A stretch of DNA of 64,000 nucleotides from Eledone cirrhosa (lineage: Eukaryota): the NCBI GenBank assembly GCA_964016885.1, contig OZ024740.1, positions 416,144,001-416,208,000 of the forward strand, given 5' to 3'. Both the position numbers and the translations under genes were made by a program. The notes beneath the pieces were generated by a model. It saw only the letters and a list, made by a program, of their open reading frames with translations. It had not been told where the DNA came from and searched no databases. Position 1 is the first letter of the stretch, and the number at the start of each line of letters is the position of its first letter. Positions 13,140 through 25,707 of the stretch are shown here, piece by piece.

Positions 13140-13279
13140 TTATTTTACCCGACTTGCCATGTTCAGCGCAACTTTTTCTCATATCCCCACCTCTCCCAAT
13201 TTCCACTTTCATTCATTACAGTGGCACAGCACTCGGTAACTTCCGACATTTTCCGCATCGGGCCTAGGCAAACGTTACA
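13140..13279. promoter_or_regulatory. Putative TATA-less promoter/5'UTR of the ArfGAP gene, possibly bidirectional
   Basis: ETS-like cores ACTTCCG (13239-13245) and TTTCCG (13250-13255), a YY1-like AACATGGC on the minus strand (13156-13163), and locally high CpG directly upstream of the ATG. Confidence 0.55.
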
Positions 13280-13361
13280 ATGGCGGACGTAGGGAAAGCA
13301 TTTCTTATGGAGCTGCTCAAAGAAAATGGAAACAATGAGTGTGCTGATTGTGGATGTAAAG
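13280..13361 (+). CDS. ADAP1: First coding exon of an ArfGAP-domain protein, ADAP1/centaurin-alpha-like (partial; later exons not found in window)
   Basis: ATG in ACAATGG context. Translates to MADVGKAFLMELLKENGNNECADCGCK plus 1 nt, then donor AAG|GTTGGT. GNxxCADCG is the first half of the ArfGAP C4 zinc finger. ELL(11-13), GN(17-18) and CADCG(21-25) are in register with human ADAP1 (MAKERRRAVLELLQRPGNARCADCG, recalled from memory). ArfGAP identity is firmer than the exact orthologue. Confidence 0.82.
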
Positions 13362-13507
13362 GTTGGTAATTCAAAACCATTCCATTATTTTATATACATG
13401 TATAGATTTCGAAGAGGGGCTGTCGTGTGTGAAAAAAAGAATATTTTTTGTAACTTTAATTAGTGAATGTCTGTTTACAATGCTTTCTCGATAACATTCA
13501 TTAAGTT

Positions 13508-13558
<51 letters not shown>

Positions 13559-13786
13559 CACGTGTATATATATGTGACTATGAACGTGTTAAAAAAAAAA
13601 CCTTTGCTTGTTTACCATTTTTCTTTCTTTTAATAACATTCCAGTTAGTTTTCCCTTGATTTACAATATATATATTTTTCTATATTTAATTTTAACAATT
13701 GTCTCTATCCATTCCGATCTGTGTTGACAAGGTGCGTGCACACACACATTTACATGTGAGCGCTGATATGTATGTATGTATGTATG

Positions 13787-13825
<39 letters not shown>

Positions 13826-16499
13826 ATATTTGAGAATGGTCATGTATATATTTATATATATATAATTTTTTGTCAACAACACAAGTCTTTAGTTACTTAG
13901 TAATTTTATGGTCGGTCCTTTCAAATAAACCCACCGTATGTTATATATAATTACATTCTAACCGGTCGCAACTTCTTCACCGGAACGTTTCCAGTTAAAA
14001 CATAGATTTTTTTTTATTGAGATATTGATATAATGAAATTATCAACATAGCTTAACTTGATAAAACTAGGTAATTTCGAAATGTAGATATAAGCTCGGTA
14101 CTTTTCAGTAGAATCTGTCAAATTCCTTCGAGTAGGCGTGTCTAAGAAAGTTATTAACATGTGAGATGTTTTTCTCTGTTTAGTCAATTAACAATGACTT
14201 TTAAAGGTTTGGATGGACAAGAAATACTCTTTATAATCTTCTCATTACTATTTTTTGTTATTTTACCTTTTATATTATTTATTGCTAATATTTGTAAATG
14301 TCCGTCTTTGTTATTCTTTTTCTCCCCTTCCCCTCTATTATTTTTTTAGTATTACAAGTAGTCGTACTGCCGAAGACTGTGTCTTTGCTTGTGTCCTATT
14401 TCAATCTATAATGTCGACCAATTCTCCCCGGTCTGCCTTTAAGACTCGCACACTTGAATATGAAGTCATTGCGAGTGAGAAGTGTCAACAATTTTATTTA
14501 ATAATTCTAATTCACATGACGTTTTTATCCCCCCCAGTCAAAAATCCTGTTTCATATTAATTATTGTGATTTTATGTACCGTAATGTTAAAGCCGTGACG
14601 ATCAATTTCAGCCTGCCCACTCTGCTTTGAGAGGAGAGGCTCGATAAAATCTATACCAGTTATATACTATGTTCTCTTAAAACGACCATACTGCTTCTGT
14701 GTAACCACTCGCCTCGGGGTGCCTTGTGACTAAAAAATGGCGCAGAGGGTGGAGGGCCAGCCTAAATAATATTGTAGCATCTTGTTCAAAGCAAAGCATT
14801 GCAAGCTTTTTTTTCTTTATTATTGCTTTTTTTTTCTTTTTCGAGAAACCCAGCTGGGAGTTCAACTTTGTTTTTCGTCTCTGGCTGTGACGATAAAATA
14901 AGAATCGGTAATCTACTAGGGTCGAATCAGTTAACCGAATTTCTTTCTTGTTTCTTTCACCAGAAAAAAGGGGGCCTCGTGACAGAAATATATAATTTTT
15001 GTCAACAGCAACGTACACACAGTCACTAATTATCAATTATACATAGGTTTCGGTTTTACTTGGAACTTTTTTTTTTTTAACTTATGACATTGTTAAATAT
15101 TGATGGGAAAGTCCTGGACGTCACACTCGTGTTTCGTTTCCGATATCAATCTAAGGTTCGCCCTCTGTGTAATGTTGCGGAATATTTGAACCGGCCACCT
15201 GAGATAGTAGTACAATTTTTGTTTGTTTATCAGTTTCTCCGAGATCATTTATTTTTTAGTTCTTTACGACACGGTTATTTATAATTAATTATAGAATTTG
15301 ATCTGTGCTTTTAATGGCTTGAAGCTGACAAACCGATTACTTTTCATTAATAAACGACAAGCAGGCGAGCAAGTCAAGCTCTTTTGGTTTCATCCTGTTT
15401 GATGTTTGTCTTGTTTCTGTAACTATTGTCGTCATCATCATCGCCGCCGTCTTCATTACTTGAAAACATTTCCCCATACTTGCTTTCTGTGTTTTGTCAA
15501 TATTGTGATACTATTTGCTTTGATTGTGCAATTATTTTCTTCAGTGAAAATTATAAACGAGGAATTGGTTGTATTAATTTTATATTATTTGAAAATTACA
15601 ATCCTATTTAAATATACCAATATCTAGTTACATATTTTAGTAATAAATCATGAAGTCCTGTTACAACACACGACAATCTGCTGTACAGTTGTTAAGGTAT
15701 TAACCCATACATAGGTTTAACTAAAAAGCTCTTTATAGCCGTACATGATAATAGAATTAATGATAACAGACTTCTGTAGTTTTACATCGGACAATCTATG
15801 TGAAGTAGTGTTTCAATAGGTTTTAATTACTTCATTGTGGTTGGAAATATCGTGTTAGTAGGCTGGTTTATATATTGTCACGTAAAGTGACAATTGTACT
15901 TTTTGTTTCTTATTTACCTAGATCAATCCATGACACTGGTTGACCTCTCTCTACCTTACTGTCAGCCATTCTTTTGACCAGTGCATTCGGCTTACCTATC
16001 TACCTAGACAATTACTAATGCTAAACGTTGTAACTACACATAGCTTAACGGGACCGTGTAATCAATGAATGAGTGCTGCATAGTTTTCAGTGATTATCCA
16101 ATATGATTCAAGCGAAAAGAAACCGCGTTAGATATTTTACTTTGCATGGGATAGAAATTAAAACTGTATTTATGGCTTTTTAAATATTATTAAGTGTATA
16201 GTTATGTAGTTGAAATATTACGCAGTCCACTCATCCCTTCTCTTCTCCTTCCATCTCTTCTCCTTTTACCATATGTTCTTTGATTCATTCCTACATTAAT
16301 ACTATATAGGAAAATTTTCCCAACATTTCTCTGGGATAATTATAGCGTTACAACTTCTGTAGAGAACATGCGAATCTATAACTGGAAAGGGTCTCGATTT
16401 TGACCTGGTTGGCTGTCATCGTCTTCAATGTTGTTAGAACTACGAATGTTTGCTGAGGTTGTTTACATGTCAGGCATTTTATTTTACAAAGCTGTTTAT

Positions 16500-16740
16500 A
16501 CAAAAACAAAACACACTATGAAAGGGAACAAAAAAAAAAACAAAGAAAAAACAAACAAACGAAATGAAAATAAAAAGATAAAAATAATCAAGTAGTGAAA
16601 AAAAAGGAGGTAGAGGCACTACACCCCAGTCTTAGCGGTGCCTCAGCTGAGCCCCACTGACAAAATGGCAAAGGCATTATCGCAGAATAGCCAGACACCT
16701 GCTGCAACAGCCACCCCCACCTCACGGGCTGCTGTCTTTC
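16500..16740 (-). mobile_element. Short CRE-like LINE 3'-end fragment; relatives at ~7020-7190, ~28480-28665, ~35200-35530
   Basis: Shared CCTGCTGCAAC.GC.AC.CCACCTCAC.GGGC segment. The 35.5-kb copy reads QQPCEVE*PLQQVSLAIICKNAFAVLS, matching the VEWLFQCLSLTILQGNAFSIL end of the 33.5-kb copy. Confidence 0.6.
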
Positions 16741-17231
16741 TGATTATTCAATATTGTATTTTTATTTAACATGGAATAAACATGACTATTGTTAAGAAGT
16801 TTGCTTCACAATCACTTGGTAGATTTCATTTTATTGGCACCTTGAGCAAGGGACTACTACTGTAGCATTAGGTTGACAATCATCTTGTGAGTGGAATTTG
16901 GTAGCTGGAAACTATAGGAGCTCGTTGTGAGTCTAAGGTAGTTTGTCAAGTTGCATTCCTTTACGATATTCCATAAATAGTACTTATTTTAGTTTAGTAC
17001 TATTCTAAGATCTATATGTTTGACTAGAATCTTTGAAGGTGGTGCTCCAGCATGGCTGCATTCTAATGACTGAAACCAATACAAAAATTAAGACCAATTC
17101 TTGTAAGGCAAGGTCTATAGACAGTTGAATCGACTCCAGGATATTGTTCTTCCTTATATTATAGATGCTATCAGGATGATAACATAATTGATTTTGGTAA
17201 GATTGGAAATATAGAGGGACCGAAATATGTA

Positions 17232-17636
17232 CAGTGGAACCTCGCTTCATGAACTTCATTCCTGAAGGCCGTTGGTAAACCAAAACTATTTTTCCTTTAC
17301 GAAATGTTGAGAGAAAAATACAGTGAGAGAGAAAGACAGATATCACCGTAGTAACTAACTACACAGCAAGTGATACTTTCCTACTGGCGTGTCTCCCTTG
17401 CCATCTTCCGAGGAAACACCTTCTCCATTCTGTCCGCCGGGGCTGTGGGGAGGCCATCAATATGATTGACTGATTTGTCATTTTATCAGTCATAATTATG
17501 GTTTCTACACCCTTGCTTCTTCTCTCAGCTTACATGTTCATTACTTGAGACACCGTGAACTGTTTTATGTTCAGAAAAATTATTAGTGAACCAATTTGTT
17601 TGTGATGAGAAGTGTTGCTGAACCGAGGTTCCTCTG
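17232..17636. mobile_element. Tigger/pogo-like non-autonomous DNA transposon
   Basis: TA|CAGTGGAACCTCGCTTCA...TGAACCGAGGTTCCTCTG|TA. Confidence 0.8.
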
Positions 17637-18569
17637 TACTGTTTGCCATACAGATTACTGCTGTACCTATGAACCCTGCTTTTTATTTTATGTCATTGAA
17701 GCTGATTCTTTTGGCTAGTCTTGTGTTCTCCCAAGATTTACAATGTAAACTTTGTTAAATATATACATAAGTTTTGATCTATGTAATTTGCTAATATAAA
17801 ATGAGATGATATTTATCTGGCAATTTCATTCTATGATCCTGAAATTTATTTCACAGAAAACAGCAGTTCTAATTCTGTGATGACAAGCTAGTTTGAGCCA
17901 CTTAATAATTGTTTCTACTTTTGGCACAGCAATTACCCAGTACATTACTGGTACTTTATTTTATCAACCCTGTAAGGATGAAAGGCAAAGTTAACCTCGA
18001 TAGGATTTGAACTCAGACCACTCATGCCCACTTAATAATACCATGTGGATACTCTCAGATAACTTTATATTTCTATTATTTCCTTGTGTTTGGGCTTTGT
18101 TAGTTTACTTAGCATTGTTTAAATAGCTTTTATATAGTTAGTCAATAGTGTCCTGAATTTGATAGTATTGCAGGGCATCTTGGGGCAAATGTCCTTTGCT
18201 ATAGCCTCAAATTGACTCAAATGATTTATGGTGAAATTGTAAAGACAGAAACTGTGCTGATGCCCACCAGATGGACTAAACTTGTGGTTAGAATGCTAAA
18301 CTTTGTCACACAGTCTATAATAGATTCTATCTGAAGATTACAAGTGTCTGTGGAGTACTTTAACCACTTATAACTCTGAATATAGTTCTGTTGGTTGCAT
18401 AACTAGATCACCCCTGTATCAAAATCGAGAGAATCCTATAGAATGTGTGTAAAACTGGTTTACTTTTAGACCAGACTCGGAAGTAGGCTGGGTCTTAAAA
18501 CTGGCCTAGGCATCTGGCCAACTGAGAGGCTGTTGAGAGCCAAAGGTATGTTTTGTTTTCACTGCTCAT

Positions 18570-18798
18570 TTAACCCTTTAGCATTTAAACCAGCCATATC
18601 CGGCCAGAATTTTCTCACCTCTTTCTGTTCAAACCAGCTGTAACTGGCCACTCATACTGATGTTAAGGTATTGTTCTGAAAATAAATGATATCAAAATCT
18701 TGTATATTCGATATTATGCAAGATAATTATGTGAGATAAAACCTTTACCGTGAAAATACAATAGTATATATAGAGTAATGTGAATGCTAAAGGGTTAA
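18570..18798 (+). mobile_element. piggyBac-like MITE
   Basis: Homologous to 9401-9630; TTAA at both ends. Confidence 0.9.
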
Positions 18799-19436
18799 GA
18801 CAGGCTCCTTCTTTGTTTCAGTTCTTTGAAAAGCGGCTATGATTTCAGTTTTTCAGGGCCTTTTTTTCAGCTATCTTTATTTTTACTCAACCCAACGTCC
18901 CAAGAATTGCCCAAATATCTATATAGTCCATCTGCTTCTGACCAGAGCAAATATAAGTGTTTCACTGCTTGTTTCTGTGTTTTAACAAGGATTATCTATT
19001 GAATTTAAATAGAAACAAATTAAAAAAATAGGGATCATATTAGGGCTAACATAATGTAGCAAGGAAAAAGTAATATACTTAGGTGTTGAGAAGAAAACAT
19101 GAGCTCAATGATTAATGCTAATTAAATCTAACTTGACAAGATAGAAGTGACAACTCCAGATATGTTTCAGTCTTATTACACCTCTTCAGTGAAGCATGGT
19201 TTTCTTTGTACTTGTTACATTAGTGATGAGAAATATTTGATGCCCACTCATGTCGTTTTTTGTACTTGTATTAATAGAATGATTCTCTTATAACTAATTT
19301 GGTAATTATGGAGATGACTTTGCTTTGATAAGGTTTCAAAGGCTGAAACATGTCTACAGTTGTTGCCCACATTTTAAGAATCAATCTGATTGTATCTTCT
19401 TTTCACTGCATTGCTTTTCATCCTTACTGGGTCGAT

Positions 19437-19740
19437 AAAATTAACAAAAAAAAGATTTAGGGTTCCCCACCCACACAGAAATGGGAACCCACAAGTTGAA
19501 CCAGAGCACTCCACATCTCTGCTCTCCACCATTATTTACATTTCTATAGCGGTGGATTTTCAGTATCATTAGAGGGTTGGACGCCATGCATTGCAGCATG
19601 GAGTTACAGGCCTTTACGATCTGAGTTCAAATCCCGCCGAGGTTAACTTTGCCTTTCATCTTTATGGGGTCGATAAAATAAAGTACCAGTAATACACTGG
19701 GATAATTGCTGGCCTTGTGCCAAAAGTAGAAACAACTATT
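19437..19740 (+). repeat. Inverted near-identical copy of 46003-46285 (OK-like SINE plus ~110 bp of 5' flank)
   Basis: Shares flank sequence and private SINE variants with the 46-kb copy. Confidence 0.92.
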
Positions 19741-19743
19741 AAT

Positions 19744-19954
19744 TACCATAAATACTTGAATATAAGCTGAGGAATGTGCAAAAAATCAATGGTAGAGAGA
19801 GGTTGGTTTATTATATTCAGGGTCAATATTTTGATGATTTTTCACCAACTTCAAATTCTACATAAAGAAGGTTTGGATTTTTGCCTATTTCTCAGACATA
19901 AAATAGTGGGATTGGTTTATATTTGTATTGGCTTATCTTCAAGTATATACGGTA
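19744..19954. mobile_element. Tc1/pogo-like MITE; relatives ~40550-40618 and ~44410-44612
   Basis: TACCATAAATACTTGAATATAAGC...GCTTATCTTCAAGTATATACGGTA imperfect TIRs. Confidence 0.7.
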
Positions 19955-20299
19955 GTTGGATTTTTTACCCCCAGGACATTATGATGGCTATGATAAAACG
20001 GTGAATTACAGATGATAGGAATAGAGCCAGAATATTATGAAGATAACTGGAGTGAATCACAACAAGCTAGAAATGAATGAATCAAATGTAATTTTTTTTT
20101 ATCACAAAAATGTTTTTACTGCTTTAATACACATTTGAATGGTTTACCTTTCAAGTGTAAAAATGTCAAGTTAGCTACTATGTTATATTGAGGTTGTCTG
20201 GGCTTCAAATATAAAGGTTTCACTGGGCTATTATCATGAACATTTGCAATATCCACTTTGATGACACCAGATGGCAATAGGCCACCTTACCCCCTCCTC

Positions 20300-20600
20300 T
20301 GATATACCTTCTCCAGTGACAACCTGGTGCATCCAACAACAGACCCAGGCTTCATTGCACAACACACCAAAGATCACACGCTGTCAAAGTATTGGCCACT
20401 CTGTAATAGGTTTGTCATCAAACCAGTAGCAGTAGAGACTTCTGGTGTTCTTGGTCCATAGGCCACCTCCTTACCCACTACTATTGGGGCAGAATGGGCC
20501 ACTTGCTGGAACCAGTCCCATGAGTTAGAATGGCTATTTCAATACGTCTCCCTCACCATCATCTGGGATAATGCTTTCTCCATTCTGTCTACTGGGACAA
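20300..20600 (+). mobile_element. CRE-like LINE endonuclease fragment
   Basis: DTFSSDNL...LSKYWPLCNRFVIKPVAVETSGVLGP*ATSL...EWLFQYVSLTIIWDNAFSILS. Confidence 0.72.
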
Positions 20601-21048
20601 CAAGGCAGCTAGGTCCTGCAATGGCAGAAAGCACTCTCCCATACTCTCTGAACCCATATCATTGGGGTGGCAATATTTGAGCACACTTTTGGGATTTAAT
20701 TTGTAAGGAACTTAGTGTATATAATACTTATAGAAACACCATGGACTAATATTGGGGAAACTTGTCGATCATAGCCTCATAATTTGTTAGGAGGTTGGCA
20801 ATAATGACAACCTTTGTAGGACTTCATAAGTTGTTGATCAGTTTACACTAAGAGTAGATTGGTACCTGGAGGGAGAGCAGTAAAGGGAAGACTTAGAGAT
20901 ATGTTTGGGGTATGGAGGCTAGGACAAAGTAAGGATGGCAAGAGGAGATGAGTGGCTTGGGTGGAGGAGCTGGTTTCTAGAGGCATAAGTGATTAGCAAT
21001 TAGAAGAGGTATTGTGGTTAGAGTTTATTAATTAGTAAATCTCGTAAA

Positions 21049-21238
21049 GGGCGGTGGATTGGCAGTATTGGTAAAGGGTCGGACGCCATGCTTTGACGCA
21101 TAGAGTTACGGCCCTTGCCATTCTGAGTTCAAATCCCGCTTAGGTTAACTTTGCCTTTCATCCTTACGGGGTCGATAAAATAAAGTACCAGTAATGCACT
21201 GGGTAATTGCTGGCCTTGTGCCAAAAGTAGAAACAATT
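21049..21238 (+). mobile_element. Young OK-like SINE with 17-bp TSD
   Basis: TSD ATTAATTAGTAAATCTC at 21027-21043 and 21236-21252; CpGs retained. Confidence 0.93.
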
Positions 21239-21353
21239 AATTAGTAAATCTCTGCCAATCAGCTGAATTACCACTTTTGGCTAGCATTAGATATTTCAAT
21301 GTATTGTGGTCGTAGTGTCTCAGATATGAGTAGAATTCTAATGTAGGTTGCTC

Positions 21354-21570
21354 TTAACCCTTTAGCATTTACATTACTCTATATATACTATTGTATTTTT
21401 GTGGTAAAGGCTTTACCTCACATAATTATCTCATAATATTGAATCTATGAGATTTTGATATTATTTATTTTGAGAACAATACCTTAACATCAGTATGAGC
21501 AGCCAGTTTGAACAGAAAAAGGTGATAGAATTCTGGCTGGATACGGCTGGTTTAAGTACTAAAGGGTTAA
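21354..21570 (-). mobile_element. piggyBac-like MITE (reverse orientation); degenerate further copy ~29380-29569
   Basis: TTAACCCTTTAGCATT...TAAAGGGTTAA. Confidence 0.88.
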
Positions 21571-22569
21571 ACTTTTGTAGAGGCTCATCAGCTAAGGCTG
21601 GTATATTTTATAATCTTTAAGAAAAAAACCTTAACAAAAATCCTTGTCTTTGTGATGCAGTTTTGACAATGTTATAGCTATAATGTCCACAGGAAAGATC
21701 ATTGGAGATTTTAAAGCCTAACATTTGTAGCAGCTTTGATGGGTCTAGTGGTGTGCTCTTCCTACATTAAGGGAAGAGGTTGAGATTATCATGATCCCAT
21801 TAGGTTTTTTGGGGGTCTTTCTCTGTCCATAGAAGTAGTGTAAGTCTGGTATGAGTTGTTTAGATTGGATATGGGTAATATCTGTGAATAGAAGGTTTCA
21901 GGAAGATTGAAAGGTGCTATCATCTACATAGGAGTGTGTGTGTGTATGTGGTTAGAAGTAACACTGACAAGGTCCTTATTATAGAGAAGGAACTCTTTGA
22001 CAAGGAAATTACAAACCTAGTGATGGATGGAGCTCATAGGTGATCAACTTATAGGAGGTTCTTAATTCAGATGTAGTTGAAGTGTTTGTTGATATAGGCC
22101 AATAATATTACTTTTGTCAATGTTCTCAAGGGCAAGAGAGCACTGCACTGATGTGGGATGTAGGAGTGTAAATCTTAAGATCTGATCTTCATTGAGAAGG
22201 GAAACAAAATAATGAGGTAGTTGTTTGCATTTGGTATGTGTGTATGTAATAGTAAGACAGTATGAAGCTGCAACTAATATAGGCATCAAATATCATTATC
22301 ATCATCATTGTTTTAACATCCACTTTCCCTGGTAGCAAGGGTTGGACGTGTCCATACAGACCAAGCCAGTACTGATGTAGAACCATGGATCTCCCAGGAT
22401 GGCCAGGGATCTGTGTCTTGCTTATATATGGCCTCACGTTCCACTAAGTGCTCAGAAGAGGTTGTCATGCCTTTGATATAACTGAGGATCCTCCCAACCC
22501 TTTATTTGGCAGGATTTCTATGGTTGGATGTCCTTCCTATTACCAATTACTTTACAGCTTGTTAAAATA

Positions 22570-23150
22570 CTGTCTTTAATTATATGAGGATTACCATCTT
22601 GCCTGAGGAATGTCAGATAGGAAGATTCTGCAAAATAAATAGACCTTTCTGACAAAGGATTAGAAAACCAGCTGCAATCTGGGAGATGAAAAAGCTTGCT
22701 GGCTGTGCAATGTATGAAGGTGTTCTTTGCTCTTTGGATGGGTATTTTGCATGTGATGAGTGAACACCTTTCACTTGATGATTAAGGGTAACTTCCTACA
22801 TATACTGTAGTGTTATTAATTTGTACAATTGCAACACAGTTATCAATGAATTACTTTTGGGGCTATGGGCTTTGGCTCTGTGTGGATTGTCAAGTGATAT
22901 ATCTAGAAGTATTTATTTGCCACCTACATGACTGTTGGGATAGGTTACAAGTGAAGCACATAGTCTTTCAAGGAAGTCAGCATAGGCTTTACAGTTCAGG
23001 ATGGTAGAATGTTTGTGAAGACGCAGTAGAGTTGTGTACATTGGATAGTGAAGATTATGACTTACATAGATGTCATCAATGAACGGCAAGGAGTAAACTA
23101 TTGTGGCTTGAAGATAAACAAAAGATAAACTTGAAGGAATGGGAACGAGA
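22570..23150 (-). mobile_element. Highly degenerate CR1/L2-group LINE 3' ORF2 remnant
   Basis: Minus-strand pieces LPFIDDI, TLLRLHKHS and QPASFF resemble the RT/C-terminal region; weak. Confidence 0.4.
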
Positions 23151-23156
23151 GACATT

Positions 23157-23455
23157 GAACCAGAATAACCAGATGACTTTGTTGTCCAGGTGTGTGTGAT
23201 AGATATAGAACCAGAATAACTAGATGACTTTGTTGTCCAGGTGTGTGTGATAGATATAGAACCAGAATAACTAGATGACTTTGTTGTCCAGGTGTGTGTG
23301 ATAGATATAGAACCAGAATAACTAGATGACTTTGTTGTCCAGGTGTGTGTGATAGATATTGAACCAGAATAACCAGATGTCTTTGTTGTCCAGGTGTGTT
23401 AGATAGGTTTTGAGCCAGAATAACTAGTTTTCTTTGTTGTTAATATCCAGGTGTG
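23157..23455 (+). repeat. 51-bp minisatellite, ~5.5 copies
   Basis: Unit GAACCAGAATAACTAGATGACTTTGTTGTCCAGGTGTGTGTGATAGATATA. Confidence 0.95.
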
Positions 23456-24003
23456 TCTGAGATATTTGGAGTGTTACAGGTCACTGGTGATAGGTTCCAT
23501 AACTCCAAATGGATTGATAGGTGCACTGACTTGGACATTTTAGAAACCTAATGGTGCCCTTCTCTCTCCAGGTCTAACTACAGTTTATTTCTGAGAGAGA
23601 GGAAAAAATCAACTTTTGTACTAGACTGGTACTTTTTTTTTTATTAATCTTGAAAGGATGAAAGGCAAAGTTGACCTTGGCAGTATTTGAACTCAGAGAT
23701 ACAGAAAGCCAGAATGAATGCTACAAAGCATTCTATCCAATGTTTTAATGACTCTGCTAATTTGTCTTGGGTATTTTAAACCAGGTGGAACCTATCCCTC
23801 TCTGTGTTGAAACAGCTAATTTCTTTCAAAGAGAGGGAGAGAGAGAACTGGGTCTTTATTGATCTTGGAAGGATGAAAGGCTGTGCTGACCATGACATAA
23901 TTTGATTATCAGAATTTGATCAATTAATCAGAATAGATATCGAAGCATTTTAAATCTGAGGTCCCAATGTCTCTGCCAATTCAATGCCTTGGCTTGGAGA
24001 GTA

Positions 24004-24197
24004 CGAGGGTCACCTGAAATGTTCATAGGCTGACCAAGGTACTCTCATGGAATGACCAAATAAGATTTAGTTTTCAACATAGTCCCTGGAAAGAAACAAT
24101 ACAGTTATTAATAAGAAGAGTTGAAATTAATGCAAGATTTCACAGCTCTAGTATCACTCCTTCATAGTCAGCCTATGAGTTATTCAGCCCACCCTTG
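24004..24197. mobile_element. Mariner-type MITE
   Basis: TA|CGAGGGTCACCTGAAATGTTCATAGGCTGAC...GTCAGCCTATGAGTTATTCAGCCCACCCTTG|TA. Confidence 0.8.
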
Positions 24198-24247
24198 TAG
24201 ATTAAAGAAAAGATAAGACACAACTTTAGAAGATAAATTATAATATA

Positions 24248-24805
24248 CTAGCTGAATGATCCGGCGTTGTCCAGGTTGCTGCTGTTCATATTCAGATTAG
24301 TAAACAATAAATATGAAAATATATTTTCATTCTCATCTTGAAGCATCGCAAGGTAAACAATATTCATTGTGTTATTTTTTGTTGGTGTCCAAATGAATAA
24401 ATTGTTGCTGCTTCCAACTCGTGAGCAACAAACATACAGTTGATCGTGGGAGAAACGTGTAGTAGAGAGATCAAGTCCAACTACCTAGAGGGATTGACCC
24501 TGAGATTTGTTAATTGAAATAACAAAACTTAGTTTGACTGGAAACTGAATCCTCTTAAATTCAAATGGAACAGTTGTAGGTATGAGCGGAATCTTTAGAA
24601 TAAAGACATTTTTGTTCAATATTGTAAACAAATAAGTATCAACATCCAAAAGAAATGTATTTTAATTATTATTTTTGTATGCAGTGTAAATTAACCAAAT
24701 ATAAGCAAATGTATTGACTGCTAATTTAACAAACAGTCCTTATGCATTCTCAAATTGGTTGAGCCATTTGAGAATGCATAAGGAAAAGAGACACACGGAG
24801 ACAAA

Positions 24806-24845
<40 letters not shown>
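24248..24845 (-). mobile_element. Internally deleted Helitron retaining the helicase C-terminus
   Basis: CTAG end plus degenerate hairpin at the left, TC-(TA)n start at the right. Minus-strand KIPLIPTTVPFEFKRIQFPVKLSF, SQGQSL, FSHDQLYVCCSRV and NIVY. Confidence 0.88.
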
Positions 24846-25313
24846 TGAGGCAGCCTTGGACAGCAGATAGATTAGAAATCTAGGTTGAGAGATTTGTATC
24901 TTTTTCTGTTAGTAGGTGGTGGTGTAAAGTCTGAAATGTTGGTGTGGAGGAGAATTACCAATGGACTTTTTTTCTTCCTTTTTATACACTTTTTCATGGT
25001 TAGAAATAAAAAAAAAAAAGGGTAAATATTTTATGGAGGAGAATGAAAGAACTCTAAGGCTTATGTATTATTACTAATTAGTTTCTTTCTGGGGATCTTG
25101 GTCTATTTTTATCTATTTTAAGATTTCCCTGGAAATGCTTCTTTTTCTGGGAAATCTTAGGATATTTAAAGTATACACTCGCATAAACAATTCCATACAC
25201 ACATTGACACATAAATACATAGATGTATGTATATATACAGACACAACTACTTGCAAATACACACATACATTGTACATACATACACATATACACGTTTTAT
25301 ATACATATATATA

Positions 25314-25707
25314 CGAGGGCAATCCCAAAAGTAAGGTCTCCTTCCGATATTGCAACTTTTCCGTTAAAATCCTGTGGATGGTGCTTCGGAAAACCTCAGG
25401 AACCAAAATGCAGAGAGCATCCAGAGTGATCCGCCGATCTTTACGCATGTTTTCCTCGGAAGGAGACCTTACTTTTGGGATTGTTCTTTATATAATAACT
25501 GCGCGAAATTCGCACTTGGCGGTAGCGTGCAACGGGAGCTCTATTCTCAACGGCTGCCAAGCCAAGATTGAGCATCCCAGCGAAGCATGTGCATGCTTGT
25601 TTGGGAGTGAAGGAAGCACCAATCACAACAGTGTTGCCAACAGCCGTACAAACAGTTTCTCTGCACCCCCCATCGCTTTGGAGACCTTACTTTTGGGATT
25701 ACCCTCG
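25314..25707 (-). mobile_element. Internally deleted mariner element with transposase N-terminal remnants and an extra internal TIR
   Basis: TA TSD; 28-bp TIR CGAGGG(C/T)AATCCCAAAAGTAAGGTCTCC. Remnants ELPLHATAKCEFRAVI and MRKDRRITLDALCILVPEVFRSTIHRILTEKLQYRK (mariner HTH). Confidence 0.9.

Noticed and set aside
20195-20260. TGGGCTTCA (WAS) as ArfGAP exon 2
   Set aside because: No following GxFxCxxC and no acceptor; it abuts a CRE-like remnant.
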